A stretch of 64,000 bases of DNA from Candidatus Woesearchaeota archaeon (GTDB lineage Archaea > Nanobdellota > Nanobdellia > SCGC-AAA011-G17 > JACPNG01). Of the stretch, positions 1 to 9,862 are shown piece by piece. Positions within the stretch are counted from its first letter, which is position 1. The number at the start of each line of letters is the position of its first letter. The position numbers and the translations under genes were made by a program. The stretch is taken from positions 6,265 through 70,264 of the forward strand of contig JACPNE010000003.1 in NCBI GenBank assembly GCA_016185615.1. Direction: 5' to 3'. The notes beneath the pieces were generated by a model. That model made no database searches and was not told where the DNA came from. It saw nothing but the letters and a program-made list of their open reading frames with translations.

Positions 1-1414
1 TTTGACTAACCTCATTAAAATCTTCTCCTATCATCTCAGAGGTGAATATGTCACACCCAGTATTAGAGCTTTTAAATAGTTTAGAGTCCGAAGGGCAGAT
101 AAAATCATTTATGCATGTTCCTCCGACTCCATTACATGTTTGTGTTTGTTGCTGTGTTTTCCTTGTTTCACAAGATCTTGATTCCAGATTAAAGCTACAT
201 TGTGGGTTTATTTCGCATCTATCTTGTGTTAACCTTGTACAGTCAGTTCTTTGAACGCACCTACTTCCAGATAAAGTGCATACATCAAAGTTTACACAAT
301 TGTTAACAGTTAAATCTTCACAGATAATTTGTTGTAATGACAATAATTTAGAATCTCTTGTTTGTTTATTTCTAATTAATACTTCCTTTGTTTGATTATC
401 TTTTATCCTTATATCCTCTACTATCCAGTTAGATCCTGAATATAAGCTACTTCCTTTAGATACAACACTAACCGAAAATTCATTTTTTGAATTTTGATAT
501 ATAAGGAATTTTGCCTTCTCTCCAACACTTCTTATATCATTGACCCTTATTCTAAACCTATTAAATAAATTGCCAAATCTTGAATATCCTCCGTTTAATA
601 TAACTCCAGATGTCCTGCCTCTTTGGATAGTTATTGCCCTACTGTTCAATAAGTTCATATTATTATCATAAAGAACAAAACTTGCACTATCTCCCTTGAC
701 TTCAGATGCCCTTATAAAACCTCCAAAAAAGCTATGCTGGTCTTTCTCTCCCAACCACTCATGCTCAGTCTGCTCAATCAGAACATCCTCTCTGGGGCCA
801 AATCCTAATCCTTCAGAAACATCAAAGCTGATGACTGCATCCAAACTGATTTTTATTGTTTCTGGGACATCCTCTTCCTTAGGAATTCTTCTTATTGTAG
901 TTTGGATAAATCCCAAATTATCATAAGTTGGATCTGATCTTACTTGCATGGTTGAAAACCCAGCTAATAACCTTGGATTTATATATCTTGAACTAACACT
1001 CACTTTTTTTCCTTCAGGAACTGTAGTTACATTAGCTATTCTTATCCTTACATCCCTTATCCTTGGAACTGTTATAGATGGGTTAGATGGGTATCCCAAT
1101 AATAAAGACCTTACATAAACGTCTTGTTTTTCTAACAAAGAAGCTCTTATCCTATCTGGAACGTTCTGTTCAATATTAATTACAATATCCTCTCCAAGAT
1201 TTCTCTCTTGGGTTGGTCCCAAGACGATAGAATCTCCACCAAGTTCAAATCCCGTTCTTAACCTTGGATCTCCTAATGATAAGGAGCTACTAAATCTTGG
1301 ATCTGTGTATATATTTGTGTTTGTTTGTATATTAGATTGAGCATAAACTTGTATTGTTGAGATATTGCTAAATATTAAAATCGTTATAAAAAATATTGAT
1401 AACCCCTTTTTCAT
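1..1414 (-). CDS. Large secreted/surface protein (N-terminal part only, runs off window start; absent from ORF track)
   Basis: ATG at 1414 overlaps the upstream stop (ATGA). Reads MKKGLSIFFITILIFSNISTIQVYAQS..., a signal peptide. Frame stays open to the window edge with a Cys-rich stretch near 100-330. Confidence 0.85.
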   Translation of the reverse strand, partial: MKKGLSIFFITILIFSNISTIQVYAQSNIQTNTNIYTDPRFSSSLSLGDPRLRTGFELGGDSIVLGPTQERNLGEDIVINIEQNVPDRIRASLLEKQDVYVRSLLLGYPSNPSITVPRIRDVRIRIANVTTVPEGKKVSVSSRYINPRLLAGFSTMQVRSDPTYDNLGFIQTTIRRIPKEEDVPETIKISLDAVISFDVSEGLGFGPREDVLIEQTEHEWLGEKDQHSFFGGFIRASEVKGDSASFVLYDNNMNLLNSRAITIQRGRTSGVILNGGYSRFGNLFNRFRIRVNDIRSVGEKAKFLIYQNSKNEFSVSVVSKGSSLYSGSNWIVEDIRIKDNQTKEVLIRNKQTRDSKLLSLQQIICEDLTVNNCVNFDVCTLSGSRCVQRTDCTRLTQDRCEINPQCSFNLESRSCETRKTQQQTQTCNGVGGTCINDFICPSDSKLFKSSNTGCDIFTSEMIGEDFNEVSQ

Positions 1415-3381
1415 CTTGAAAACTCTGGTTGTATTACTTGATTAGTGTCAATCTTATTATAAATATTATTTAGTTCATTAACATTTGCTGGAATTCCAAA
1501 GCTGTTAATGAAAAATATAATTTTCTTTGAATTGGACAGATCTTCCCTATTAACACCCCACCCAAAGTTAACTCCACCACTAATAACTTGAGGCAAAGTA
1601 ACTCCATCAACTTGTGTTTTAATGCATTTCTTTTCTGTCAGTCCCATAATTCCGAGTATTCCCTCTCTTGGCTTGTCCAAACATGTTTCAATCTCTTGTC
1701 CAGGAATGAATACTTCTGAATCTAATAATACAAAACCATTAACATTATAATTTCCATCTATAAGTTTTATTGTGTTAATATCTGTAGATGAGATGGTTGT
1801 AACATAATTAGATTGCTCATTTCTAAATGTCAATGTTACCTGCTCATTTTTTGATAAACTTCTTATTACTCCATTTTCATTAATTTTTATCTCGTAATTA
1901 AGCTCATAGATTGGCTCCATTAAAACAGAAATTATTGATTCTTCTGTAGTTGACAATAAAGTTTCACCATTATGATATCCTTCTTTCTCTACAATAAGTT
2001 GTCCATTTGCACATTGTGGGAATTTATCATCTAAGAATATATCTCCCCCAATATTAGTTGTCTCTCCAATATTACATAAAGTAGTTGAACATTTATAAGA
2101 TACTTTAGCTCCATTTAATTCATTTAGATTTCCATCTGGATTTATTCCTAAAGCAAATACTTTTATTCTTGTCAATGGATTTTCACATATAATTGGATTA
2201 GTATCATAATTTTGATCAATTTCAACAGCATTCTCTCTTGGTTGATTATTATCAATTATAACTTGAGTAGCAAACTGGAATGTATAATCCTCTTTTTCTA
2301 AAGTTACTAAAACGGGATATTTTATATCATAAACAAAATTATATTGGTTTAAACAAAAAAATGGTGTTAAAAACCTTCCAATCGATCCTCTGTTAAATGA
2401 TTCCCCCTGTAAAACCTCACCTTCTGGTGTAATGTCTATTAACAATGGCCAATTTTCCGAATACTCAAAATTTATGTTAATCTCTCTTGCTTTATCTAAA
2501 ATGTTTAATACTTGATACTCATTATCTACATCTTCAGAATCTTTAGTGCCTTCAACCCTGAATGAATTTATATTAACATCAAGAATGCTCTTCAGATCGG
2601 TAATAACTTCTTCTTTACTCCATCTTCTAGGACTACATTCAAAATCAACATCGTTATAGGGAATTTCATCGTACACATTTATGAAATCTAAAGTTTTTTC
2701 TTCCAAGAATAAATTTTCATTTTCCTTGTTTATTATTTCCATTGCTGCTTCATATAACTCACCAATCGGAACATCTAAATTTACATTAAAATCCCTTAAT
2801 CTAAAGTTTTTTCCTTCAAAGTCAATTTCTAAAGGATATTCAACATTTACTCTTACTCTCTCATCTAATATATTAACCTGGCTTTCTACGCTTCCTGAAA
2901 CAATATTAAAATTTAGATTTGAAAAATCAACACAATTTTCTAGATTAGCATCTATATAATTTTTCAATTCTTGCTCCATTCTTTGTCTTGGTGGCATTAA
3001 AGAATCAACTACTCCATTTGCCTTCTGATAAAACCAGTAAGCTACATTGATATTAGACCCCGGAAATATCTCCAATTTATTGGATAAAGGGTTTGCTGGA
3101 GTTATAATTGGATCATTAGGCAGGATTATATATCCACCTTGCTGACCCATTATTTCTAATCCTGCTCTTGAAACCTCTTCTATGCATGAGGTTATTATGT
3201 TACTAACCCCCTTTACCTCATTTGGCAAAGCAGTAGACTCAAATAACCCTATTTCACTTAATTCACCAAATATAACATCCCTATAATAATAAGATAGCAA
3301 TAATAGCGAGACAGTTATTAACCCAACTATAACAAAAATGGTTACTTGTGCTTTTTTATCCTCTCTTTTTTTGGATTTCAT
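1411..3381 (-). CDS. Class III signal peptide (pilin-like N-terminus) large exported protein
   Basis: KKA|QVTIFVIVGLI leader plus hydrophobic helix; paired Cys; beta-rich C-terminal domains. Confidence 0.75.
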   Translation of the reverse strand: MKSKKREDKKAQVTIFVIVGLITVSLLLLSYYYRDVIFGELSEIGLFESTALPNEVKGVSNIITSCIEEVSRAGLEIMGQQGGYIILPNDPIITPANPLSNKLEIFPGSNINVAYWFYQKANGVVDSLMPPRQRMEQELKNYIDANLENCVDFSNLNFNIVSGSVESQVNILDERVRVNVEYPLEIDFEGKNFRLRDFNVNLDVPIGELYEAAMEIINKENENLFLEEKTLDFINVYDEIPYNDVDFECSPRRWSKEEVITDLKSILDVNINSFRVEGTKDSEDVDNEYQVLNILDKAREININFEYSENWPLLIDITPEGEVLQGESFNRGSIGRFLTPFFCLNQYNFVYDIKYPVLVTLEKEDYTFQFATQVIIDNNQPRENAVEIDQNYDTNPIICENPLTRIKVFALGINPDGNLNELNGAKVSYKCSTTLCNIGETTNIGGDIFLDDKFPQCANGQLIVEKEGYHNGETLLSTTEESIISVLMEPIYELNYEIKINENGVIRSLSKNEQVTLTFRNEQSNYVTTISSTDINTIKLIDGNYNVNGFVLLDSEVFIPGQEIETCLDKPREGILGIMGLTEKKCIKTQVDGVTLPQVISGGVNFGWGVNREDLSNSKKIIFFINSFGIPANVNELNNIYNKIDTNQVIQPEFSR

Positions 3382-3503
3382 TTATCCTCTTTAACCCTTT
3401 TTTTAATAAGCTCCATTATCTCTGTATTAATATCATTTTTAATCTTAGATTTAAATTTCTGCCATAAACTCTCATCCTCTATTAGAAGAAGGTATTTTTT
3501 CAT
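3378..3503 (-). CDS. Small ribbon-helix-helix-like protein, 41 aa (absent from ORF track)
   Basis: MKKYLLLIEDESLWQKFKSKIKNDINTEIMELIKKRVKEDK; beta-helix-helix pattern; ATGA overlap with the next gene; TTTAAATA box about 25 nt upstream. Confidence 0.65.
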   Translation of the reverse strand: MKKYLLLIEDESLWQKFKSKIKNDINTEIMELIKKRVKEDK

Positions 3504-3547
3504 TATGATTATATATAAATTAAGATATTTAAAGATTTCTTAGTTAA

Positions 3548-3572
3548 TTACTTAGTAACTTACTTAGTAAGT
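3548..3572. promoter_or_regulatory. Tandem/palindromic putative operator
   Basis: TTACTTAGTAA twice (3548-3558, 3560-3570); ACTTACT-T-AGTAAGT inverted repeat at 3558-3572; just upstream of the RHH gene TATA box. Confidence 0.45.
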
Positions 3573-3579
3573 ATTAATC

Positions 3580-4344
3580 TTATTTATGAAGAACCCTAAT
3601 ATAAGAATATAGTAATAAAGCAAAATTGATGGAATTCATATTAATTTGATAGGCTTTGTCTACTCCTTGTTTTATTTCCAAAACTCCTTCTTTTATCTTT
3701 TCAGAAGTCAATAATAATTCTTGTGGTATTCTCAGTTTTATAACATTAAATTTCGTTTTAGCTAATTCTTCTTCTAATCTAACATGAAATAAAAATCCAT
3801 TATCAATCATATTATATAAATCTTTAATATGGGATGTATGAACTTCATTTATTAAATCATTATAGTTAAAAGAGAAGTCTCTATTCCTTAATATGTGGTT
3901 AAAAAGCTCATTAATCCTATCATTTAATTTTCTTTTGTCTTCGATATTAATTGTATTTGGTAATAAATTTATTATATTGAATAATTCATCAAAAATATCT
4001 TGTTTTCTGTTTAAAAGATTTTTAGAATATTCTATATTATTCTTCAAAGGATTTGGAATTTCCTCGACTAATTTTATTGCCCTAGCAATATTTATCTGTT
4101 CATAAGTCGGATTTTTTTCATTGTATATCTTAATAAGATCTTCTAATAAAATATCAACAGCCCTTAACGAATTTTCCATAAGAGTTAAATTTTCATCTTT
4201 AACATAATATTCTATAAAAGAAGATTCTATACTTTCATTTGTTAATGGAAAATTAATTTTGTCCTTAATATTTCTAATAATTGGAATAACCTCTATATCT
4301 GCAATTTTTGGAGATAATTGACTTAATTTATGTATATAAATCAT
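3580..4344 (-). CDS. Hypothetical helical protein
   Basis: 254-aa ORF with genome-typical composition; no recognised motif. Confidence 0.7.
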   Translation of the reverse strand: MIYIHKLSQLSPKIADIEVIPIIRNIKDKINFPLTNESIESSFIEYYVKDENLTLMENSLRAVDILLEDLIKIYNEKNPTYEQINIARAIKLVEEIPNPLKNNIEYSKNLLNRKQDIFDELFNIINLLPNTINIEDKRKLNDRINELFNHILRNRDFSFNYNDLINEVHTSHIKDLYNMIDNGFLFHVRLEEELAKTKFNVIKLRIPQELLLTSEKIKEGVLEIKQGVDKAYQINMNSINFALLLYSYIRVLHK

Positions 4345-4387
4345 AGGATTATTCTAATATATTAAAACTTAAATATTTTACTAAGTA

Positions 4388-4459
4388 TGGGCCTGGCAGG
4401 ATTCGAACCTGCGACCTTTTCCACGTCAAAGAAATGTCATACCACTAGACCACAAGCCC
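4388..4459 (-). tRNA. tRNA-Val(GAC)
   Basis: GGGCTTG...TTTCT-TTGACGT-GGAAA...GCAGG-TTCGAAT-CCTGC-CAGGCCCA cloverleaf. Confidence 0.95.
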
Positions 4460-4498
4460 ATCGCTTATTTTTTGACTATTTAGGTTTTCATATTAAAA

Positions 4499-4592
4499 AG
4501 CCCCAGGGAGGATTTGAACCCCCGACCTACTGCTCTCTTATGAATAATATACTCAGTACAAGGCAATTGCTCTACCACTGAGCTACTGAGGC
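4499..4592 (-). tRNA. tRNA-Thr(TGT) with 22-nt intron at 37/38 (4535-4556)
   Basis: GCCTCAG...ATTGC-CTTGTA[CTGAGTATTATATTCATAAGAG]A-GCAGT...GGGGG-TTCAAAT-CCTCC; bulge-helix-bulge can be drawn. Confidence 0.92.
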
Positions 4593-5132
4593 ATAAAAGA
4601 ATTCTCCTCTTAGATAATTTAAAACATATATTGATTTTATCTTCTCTCTTAATGCCCTTTGTAAAGTATTATGGGCTATCAGATTAATCAAATCATTATA
4701 ATCATACTTCTTCACTTCTTCTGTTAAAAATTCCCTAACACTTTTTCTTATATTTTTTAACACACCTTTATTAGTTTTATATCTTGTTATGATCAATGGT
4801 TTGATGATTACTTTTGTATTATCTTTTGTGTCATATATAAAAGAGTCAACTACTTTATTTGAGCCTTTTCTAATTAGTCTTTTTACATAAGATAAAGTCA
4901 ATTCATATCCAACAACATCAGCAATGACATTATTGTCTTTTATATCTTTTATTTTAAAAACCATCCTAACATTTTGGCTTTTAGGATCATTTGTCAAGCT
5001 CATATAGTTAACATCAAGCTTTCTATTAACAAGATCTTTCTCATCAGAACCTAAAGTTTCACCTATTATAGCATTCTTAAAAGTAGGTGAAACCACGCTA
5101 TACCATTTTTTCTTTGTTTTTCCTACAGCCAT
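4572..5132 (-). CDS. rps3ae: 30S ribosomal protein S3Ae (eS1)
   Basis: KKKWYSVVSP...IGET...YVKRLIRKGSNKVVDS pattern; lies after rps15-GAN as in the conserved archaeal cluster; C-terminus atypical. Confidence 0.9.
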   Translation of the reverse strand: MAVGKTKKKWYSVVSPTFKNAIIGETLGSDEKDLVNRKLDVNYMSLTNDPKSQNVRMVFKIKDIKDNNVIADVVGYELTLSYVKRLIRKGSNKVVDSFIYDTKDNTKVIIKPLIITRYKTNKGVLKNIRKSVREFLTEEVKKYDYNDLINLIAHNTLQRALREKIKSIYVLNYLRGEFFYASVAQW

Positions 5133-5166
5133 ATTTCCTCACTATATGAAAAGCTTATAAAAATTT

Positions 5167-6564
5167 CTATTGTAAGATTGTATTAATCTCTGAAATTGCC
5201 TTTATAAATTCTTCCTCCTTGTCTTTTGGGATTGAAGCCCCGCATGCACTCTTATGACCACCACAAGGATAATCTCCGATTTTTAAAACAACATCTTTTA
5301 AGGCACTTCTTAGATCAAAATCACTATTTCCTGACACTCTGGCTGATATTTTTATTTCATCATTTTCTTTATGTGCCATCGCAAATATTACCGTTCCATC
5401 TTCATAAAGCTTAGACTTAGTGATAATTGATGCTAATGTCCCAATCATTGTATCTTTTATATTATCTTTAGCATTTATTATTATTTTACCATTACTCATA
5501 AAGCTGTCTTTGTTTTCATTAAACCAAGTTAACATTTCTACAATTTCTGATTTGTATGAACTCAAAACTTCCATTGATTCTTTTTTAGCTTCTTCATTTT
5601 TCAAACATAAGCTTATTCCTAAAGATGTTTTTCCAAATCTTCCGACAGCATTCAACAAAGTCGCAAATTCTTTTAAATCCTTTAATGGTGTTCCATTCTC
5701 TTCTTCTTTTAAGATGTAATGATTGCCAAATATATCTTCTGGATTTTCTTCATTCAATCTATTAATTATTATCCCAGAAGTTATTTTTTTAATATCCTCT
5801 TCATCCAATTCTATCAATTTCTTAAAATTTCCATTACTCTCCCTTGCATTTATTCCAAGATCATCTAAGAACTTTATTGCTCCTTCACTGCTTCCAGTAA
5901 CATTTGGGATAAAAGGATCAGTACAATATTCAAGAACTTTATTTATTGGTCTAGTTTGCATCCCAAAAAATCTTGGTCCTATATTAACATCTAATATCTC
6001 TTCAGCATCTTTTAGTATCAAAGAGTTCAATCCAATAAATCCATTTTTCTCCTGCATGTCACCCATTGCTCCAGCAAGGGCTAGATGGGCTAAATCTTTA
6101 TTCCCTTCATTTAAACATTTAGCAAATAAATAACATACTCCAGAGCTTGATATCTCCCTATATTCTAAATCAAAGATTGTTGGGTTTACAACTGTTATTT
6201 TTGTTTCAGAACTTTCAAATCTATGATGATCTAAAATGAAAACTGTTTTATTGGTCTTCTTTTCTATATCTTTTATATTTTCACTTCCCAAATCCAAGAA
6301 AAATAAAACATCAAAATCATCTTTTAAAATTTCATCTAAAATATTTTTGTCTAGCTGTTTAACATTCATAACCGAAAATCTGAAATCCTCTCTTTCCAAT
6401 GCTTTTACTATAATAGAAGTTGATGATATTCCATCACAGTCTATATGTCCTATTATTTTTATGAAACTGTTTTTGTTTAGAAGTTTGAACTTATTGGCTG
6501 AATCACTAATAAGGCTAAGAAAATCAGATTTAGTATATCTTTCCTTTTTCATATGTCCAGTCAT
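5167..6564 (-). CDS. RecJ/Cdc45-like DHH nuclease (GAN-type); start may be 6552
   Basis: HIDCDG, DLG, DHH and C-terminal GGH motifs; between rps15 and rps3ae. Confidence 0.9.
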   Translation of the reverse strand: MTGHMKKERYTKSDFLSLISDSANKFKLLNKNSFIKIIGHIDCDGISSTSIIVKALEREDFRFSVMNVKQLDKNILDEILKDDFDVLFFLDLGSENIKDIEKKTNKTVFILDHHRFESSETKITVVNPTIFDLEYREISSSGVCYLFAKCLNEGNKDLAHLALAGAMGDMQEKNGFIGLNSLILKDAEEILDVNIGPRFFGMQTRPINKVLEYCTDPFIPNVTGSSEGAIKFLDDLGINARESNGNFKKLIELDEEDIKKITSGIIINRLNEENPEDIFGNHYILKEEENGTPLKDLKEFATLLNAVGRFGKTSLGISLCLKNEEAKKESMEVLSSYKSEIVEMLTWFNENKDSFMSNGKIIINAKDNIKDTMIGTLASIITKSKLYEDGTVIFAMAHKENDEIKISARVSGNSDFDLRSALKDVVLKIGDYPCGGHKSACGASIPKDKEEEFIKAISEINTILQ

Positions 6565-6973
6565 TTTGTAGTATTCCTTCTCTTTTGTAGTATTTGATTA
6601 GTCTAAGAATTTTACTTGTTGTTAATCTTAATCCTCTTTTGCTAGGCATATCTTTTTTATTAATTTCCATATGTTTCATTATTTGTGATTCTCTTTTTAT
6701 TAATGAATGTAAATCTTCTGGAATTTCTGGATTAAGTTTATTTTCTTCAAGTATTGTTGATATTCTTTTATTTGTTATGCTTTTAACGCTTGGGACCCCA
6801 TACGAGTCTCTTAAGATAACCCCTATCTTGCTAGGAGGATTTCCAGCTTTAGCTAACTTCAATACTAATTGCTCTATCTCTTTTGGAGCATGATCTATCC
6901 AACTAGGTTTAGTTTTCTTAACTGGTTTTTTGCTTCCTGATTTTCCTTTCTTTCCTGAATACATCCTTGCCAT
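6530..6973 (-). CDS. rps15: 30S ribosomal protein S15 (uS15)
   Basis: MARMYSGKKGKSGSKKP...IGVILRDSYGVP...SKILRLIKYYK. Confidence 0.97.
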   Translation of the reverse strand: MARMYSGKKGKSGSKKPVKKTKPSWIDHAPKEIEQLVLKLAKAGNPPSKIGVILRDSYGVPSVKSITNKRISTILEENKLNPEIPEDLHSLIKRESQIMKHMEINKKDMPSKRGLRLTTSKILRLIKYYKREGILQNDWTYEKGKIY

Positions 6974-6981
6974 ATTAAATC

Positions 6982-7029
6982 CACCTAGAACTAATCTAGG
7001 TATAAGTAAGCCTAAACTGACTCATCCTA
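6982..7029 (-). promoter_or_regulatory. Structured 5' leader of rps15
   Basis: ACCTAGA-TTAGT-TCTAGGT hairpin covering the SD AGGTGG, plus an upstream TGAGTC/GGCTTA hairpin; TTTATAAA box at 7050-7057. Confidence 0.45.
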
Positions 7030-7058
7030 AAATTTAATCAAAATAACTATTTATAAAT

Positions 7059-7310
7059 CTATTCCTTAAAGACCTCATCATTGGGTCTTACTCTGTCTAC
7101 TACTTTTATTCCTACAGAACTTCCTTTTTTTGCTTCCTTTACTTCTTTATGCTCTACCTGCATAGAATCTACTGTTTGGGTAAAATCAGTTGTGGTTCCT
7201 TTTATATGAATCATCTCTCCAGATTTGAGACTTCCATCTGTTAATTGGATTGCTGCTACACCTATGTTGGCATAATAGCTGAATACTGTTCCAATCTTTT
7301 TTTCTGCCAT
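7059..7310 (-). CDS. Small translation-factor-like beta-barrel protein (EF-Tu domain II / U32 C-terminal-like)
   Basis: IGTVFSYYANIGVAAI...LKSGEMIHIKGTTTDFTQTVDSMQVEH...VGIKV..RVRPNDEVF. Confidence 0.75.
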   Translation of the reverse strand: MAEKKIGTVFSYYANIGVAAIQLTDGSLKSGEMIHIKGTTTDFTQTVDSMQVEHKEVKEAKKGSSVGIKVVDRVRPNDEVFKE

Positions 7311-7356
7311 TTTTGACCATTTATTAGAAGTGTAGACTAATATATAAAAATTTGTA

Positions 7357-7429
7357 TAGCCCTACCTGGATTCGAACCAGGGTCACTAGCTCCAAAGGCT
7401 AGTGTGCTTGACCACTACACCATAGGGCT
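7357..7429 (-). tRNA. tRNA-Gln(TTG)
   Basis: AGCCCTA...CTAGC-CTTTGGA-GCTAG...CCTGG-TTCGAAT-CCAGG-TAGGGCTA. Confidence 0.95.
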
Positions 7430-7446
7430 ATAAACTAATTACCTCT

Positions 7447-8055
7447 TTATTGTTTATTTAAATGCTTTTTCTTATATCTTCCTCTGGATTCAACTTTTTC
7501 TAATCTATCCAAAACCTCTTTAAAATTCTTTGATTTTTTATATCCCTCAATAATACAATCAAAACATAATTCATGGTCCTTATGGTGTTTTGCTTTTAAC
7601 ACCTCTTTTAATAAATGCAAATCAACGGCTTTGTCCTCTGGTTTTTTAGAAAAAAAACTCAGTCCAAAATCAATGAAATAAACTTTATCTTTCTTTATCA
7701 TATTAGAGGTTGTTAAATCCCCATGGATTATATCATTATTATGCATTTCAGCTATCTTTTCCCCTATAGAGGAGCATAATTTCTTCTTTTCTGTTAAATC
7801 AGATCTGTCAAATAGTTTAGTAAGAATTTCTCCATCAATATACTCTGTCTCTATAGTCATATCTTTATCTGAAAACTTGATTAATTTTGGGGCATTATCT
7901 ACTTTTTCAATGACTTTTGCTTCCCTTCTTGTTCTAAATTTTCTAATTTTATCATCAATTAAATTTATTCTATAATTTTTCTTAATTCTTTTTTTTATTA
8001 TTTTATTTTCATCTAAATATATATTCGCTTCTGCTCCTTGTTTTATTAATATCAT
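7447..8055 (-). CDS. bud32: KEOPS complex kinase Bud32
   Basis: QGAEA, HGDLTTSN, IDFGL, EDKAVDL and RGRY motifs. Confidence 0.95.
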   Translation of the reverse strand: MILIKQGAEANIYLDENKIIKKRIKKNYRINLIDDKIRKFRTRREAKVIEKVDNAPKLIKFSDKDMTIETEYIDGEILTKLFDRSDLTEKKKLCSSIGEKIAEMHNNDIIHGDLTTSNMIKKDKVYFIDFGLSFFSKKPEDKAVDLHLLKEVLKAKHHKDHELCFDCIIEGYKKSKNFKEVLDRLEKVESRGRYKKKHLNKQ

Positions 8056-8056
8056 T

Positions 8057-9415
8057 TTAGAATTTCAATCCAGGAATTTTTCCTTTAAATTTCCTCATGA
8101 CTTTATCCATTCCTTTTTCAGTTGAAGCTCCTTTCATTATTTTAACCAACTTTTTACTTTGTTTATATTGCTTCAATAGATCTCTTATTTCACTTGGATT
8201 TACTCCAGCCCCTTTAGCTATTCTCTCTACCCTATTTCTATCTATAGATTCAGGATCTTCTAATTCTTCTTTTGTGCAACTATCCATAATATATTTCCAT
8301 CGCTTTAATTTATCTTCCTGTACATCCAATAATTCTTTTGGAATGTTAGCATTCGACATTCCGGGTATTAATTCCATTATTTTGCTTAATGGGCCTAATT
8401 TTTTCATACTCTCCATCTGATCATACAAATCAACCAAATTATAATCTCCCTTCAATAATCTTTTTCCTAATTCTTCAGCTTTTTCTTGAGAAACTTCAGT
8501 TTTTACTTTCTCCAATAATGATTCTAAATCTCCCATTCCTAACAATCTAGAAACAAATCCTTTTGGATTAAATTGTTCTAAATCATCAACTTTTTCTCCT
8601 ATTCCTATAAACTTGACTTTTGCTTCTGTAGCAGCGCATGCACTTAGTGCTCCTCCACCCTTAGCAGTTCCATCCAATTTAGTTATTATAACCCCAGTTA
8701 TTTTACAACTATCATGGAAAGCCTTAGCTTGTGTCTGTGCGGCTTGTCCTATATCTGAACTTATAACCAATAATCTTTCTTCTGGCTTTATTGATTCATT
8801 TAATCTCTTGATTTCTTCAATTAAGTCATTGCTTAATGCATCTCTTCCAGCTGTATCAATTATTAACAAATCATATTTATTAAATTCATTTTTAAATTTC
8901 TCATAAATCTTTAAGGGATTTTTCTCTTTTTTGTCTATGAAATAAGGAACATTAACTTGTTTGCTTATTTGTTCTAATTGGTCAAAAGCTGCTGGTCTAT
9001 AAACATCTAACCCCAAGGTTGCGACTTTATATCCCCTTTTAGTGTAAAACTTTGATAATTTTCCTACTGTAGTGGTTTTTCCAGATCCAAATAATCCAAC
9101 TAACATTATTTTGAATGGTTTTTTCTTTTCTAGAATAATCTCTTCTTTTTCTCCACCCAAAAAATTTACTAATTCTTCATAAACAATGTTTACAATATGT
9201 GCTCTTTGATCAAGTTTCTTAGTAACTTCATTAAGAGCTCTTTCCTTAATCCTCTTTGTTAAGTCAAAAACTAATTGTACATTCACATCAGCTTTTAGCA
9301 ATGCCTTTTGTATCTCTTTAACCAGTTCATTTATTAAAGTGTCATCAACAAACATGCTATTAGCTATCTTTTTCAATGTATTTTTCAATGAACTGCTTAA
9401 TGTATCTAATACCAT
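8057..9415 (-). CDS. srp54: Signal recognition particle protein SRP54
   Basis: GLFGSGKTTT, DTAGR, TKLDGTAKGGG; M domain RVERIAKGAG. Confidence 0.97.
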   Translation of the reverse strand: MVLDTLSSSLKNTLKKIANSMFVDDTLINELVKEIQKALLKADVNVQLVFDLTKRIKERALNEVTKKLDQRAHIVNIVYEELVNFLGGEKEEIILEKKKPFKIMLVGLFGSGKTTTVGKLSKFYTKRGYKVATLGLDVYRPAAFDQLEQISKQVNVPYFIDKKEKNPLKIYEKFKNEFNKYDLLIIDTAGRDALSNDLIEEIKRLNESIKPEERLLVISSDIGQAAQTQAKAFHDSCKITGVIITKLDGTAKGGGALSACAATEAKVKFIGIGEKVDDLEQFNPKGFVSRLLGMGDLESLLEKVKTEVSQEKAEELGKRLLKGDYNLVDLYDQMESMKKLGPLSKIMELIPGMSNANIPKELLDVQEDKLKRWKYIMDSCTKEELEDPESIDRNRVERIAKGAGVNPSEIRDLLKQYKQSKKLVKIMKGASTEKGMDKVMRKFKGKIPGLKF

Positions 9416-9453
9416 TAATATTTCTTAGAATCAGTGTTTAAAAAACTAATTAT

Positions 9454-9825
9454 CTATCTAGCATATAAGTTATCATAACTATCTTCAGCCATAACCTCTA
9501 TTTTAATCTTTTCTTCTGTAGGGATATTAGATTCTAAAGGAATATATTCTGTTCTCATGATTATACATTCAAGCATTTCTCTACTTATTTTTTTACTGTA
9601 TGATGTGATAGCTAAAAGACGGCAATCACCAAAATCCCCAATTGATATTAGTTCATTGGAATTAGGTATTTGATAACAATCTATCCCGATCTTCTTTTCT
9701 CTATGTTCTAAAAGAAAGCCATCCGCCCTATTTTCATTAGCTAAAAGAAGTGAACATTGAGAACTTAAATCTTGTTTTATCCTAGGAATATTTGACTCAA
9801 GGAAAGCCATATTGGTATAAACCAT
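9454..9825 (-). CDS. Hypothetical protein
   Basis: 123-aa ORF filling the gap between ftsY and srp54. Confidence 0.55.
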   Translation of the reverse strand: MVYTNMAFLESNIPRIKQDLSSQCSLLLANENRADGFLLEHREKKIGIDCYQIPNSNELISIGDFGDCRLLAITSYSKKISREMLECIIMRTEYIPLESNIPTEEKIKIEVMAEDSYDNLYAR

Positions 9826-9862
9826 TAAATATAGAATATTTTTAAATATTTAAATATTTATA

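Noticed and set aside
42..926. Plus-strand ORFs 42-254 and 696-926
   Set aside because: Antisense shadows of the long minus-strand gene starting at 1414.
4387..4581. 64-aa plus-strand ORF
   Set aside because: Antisense translation of two tRNA genes.
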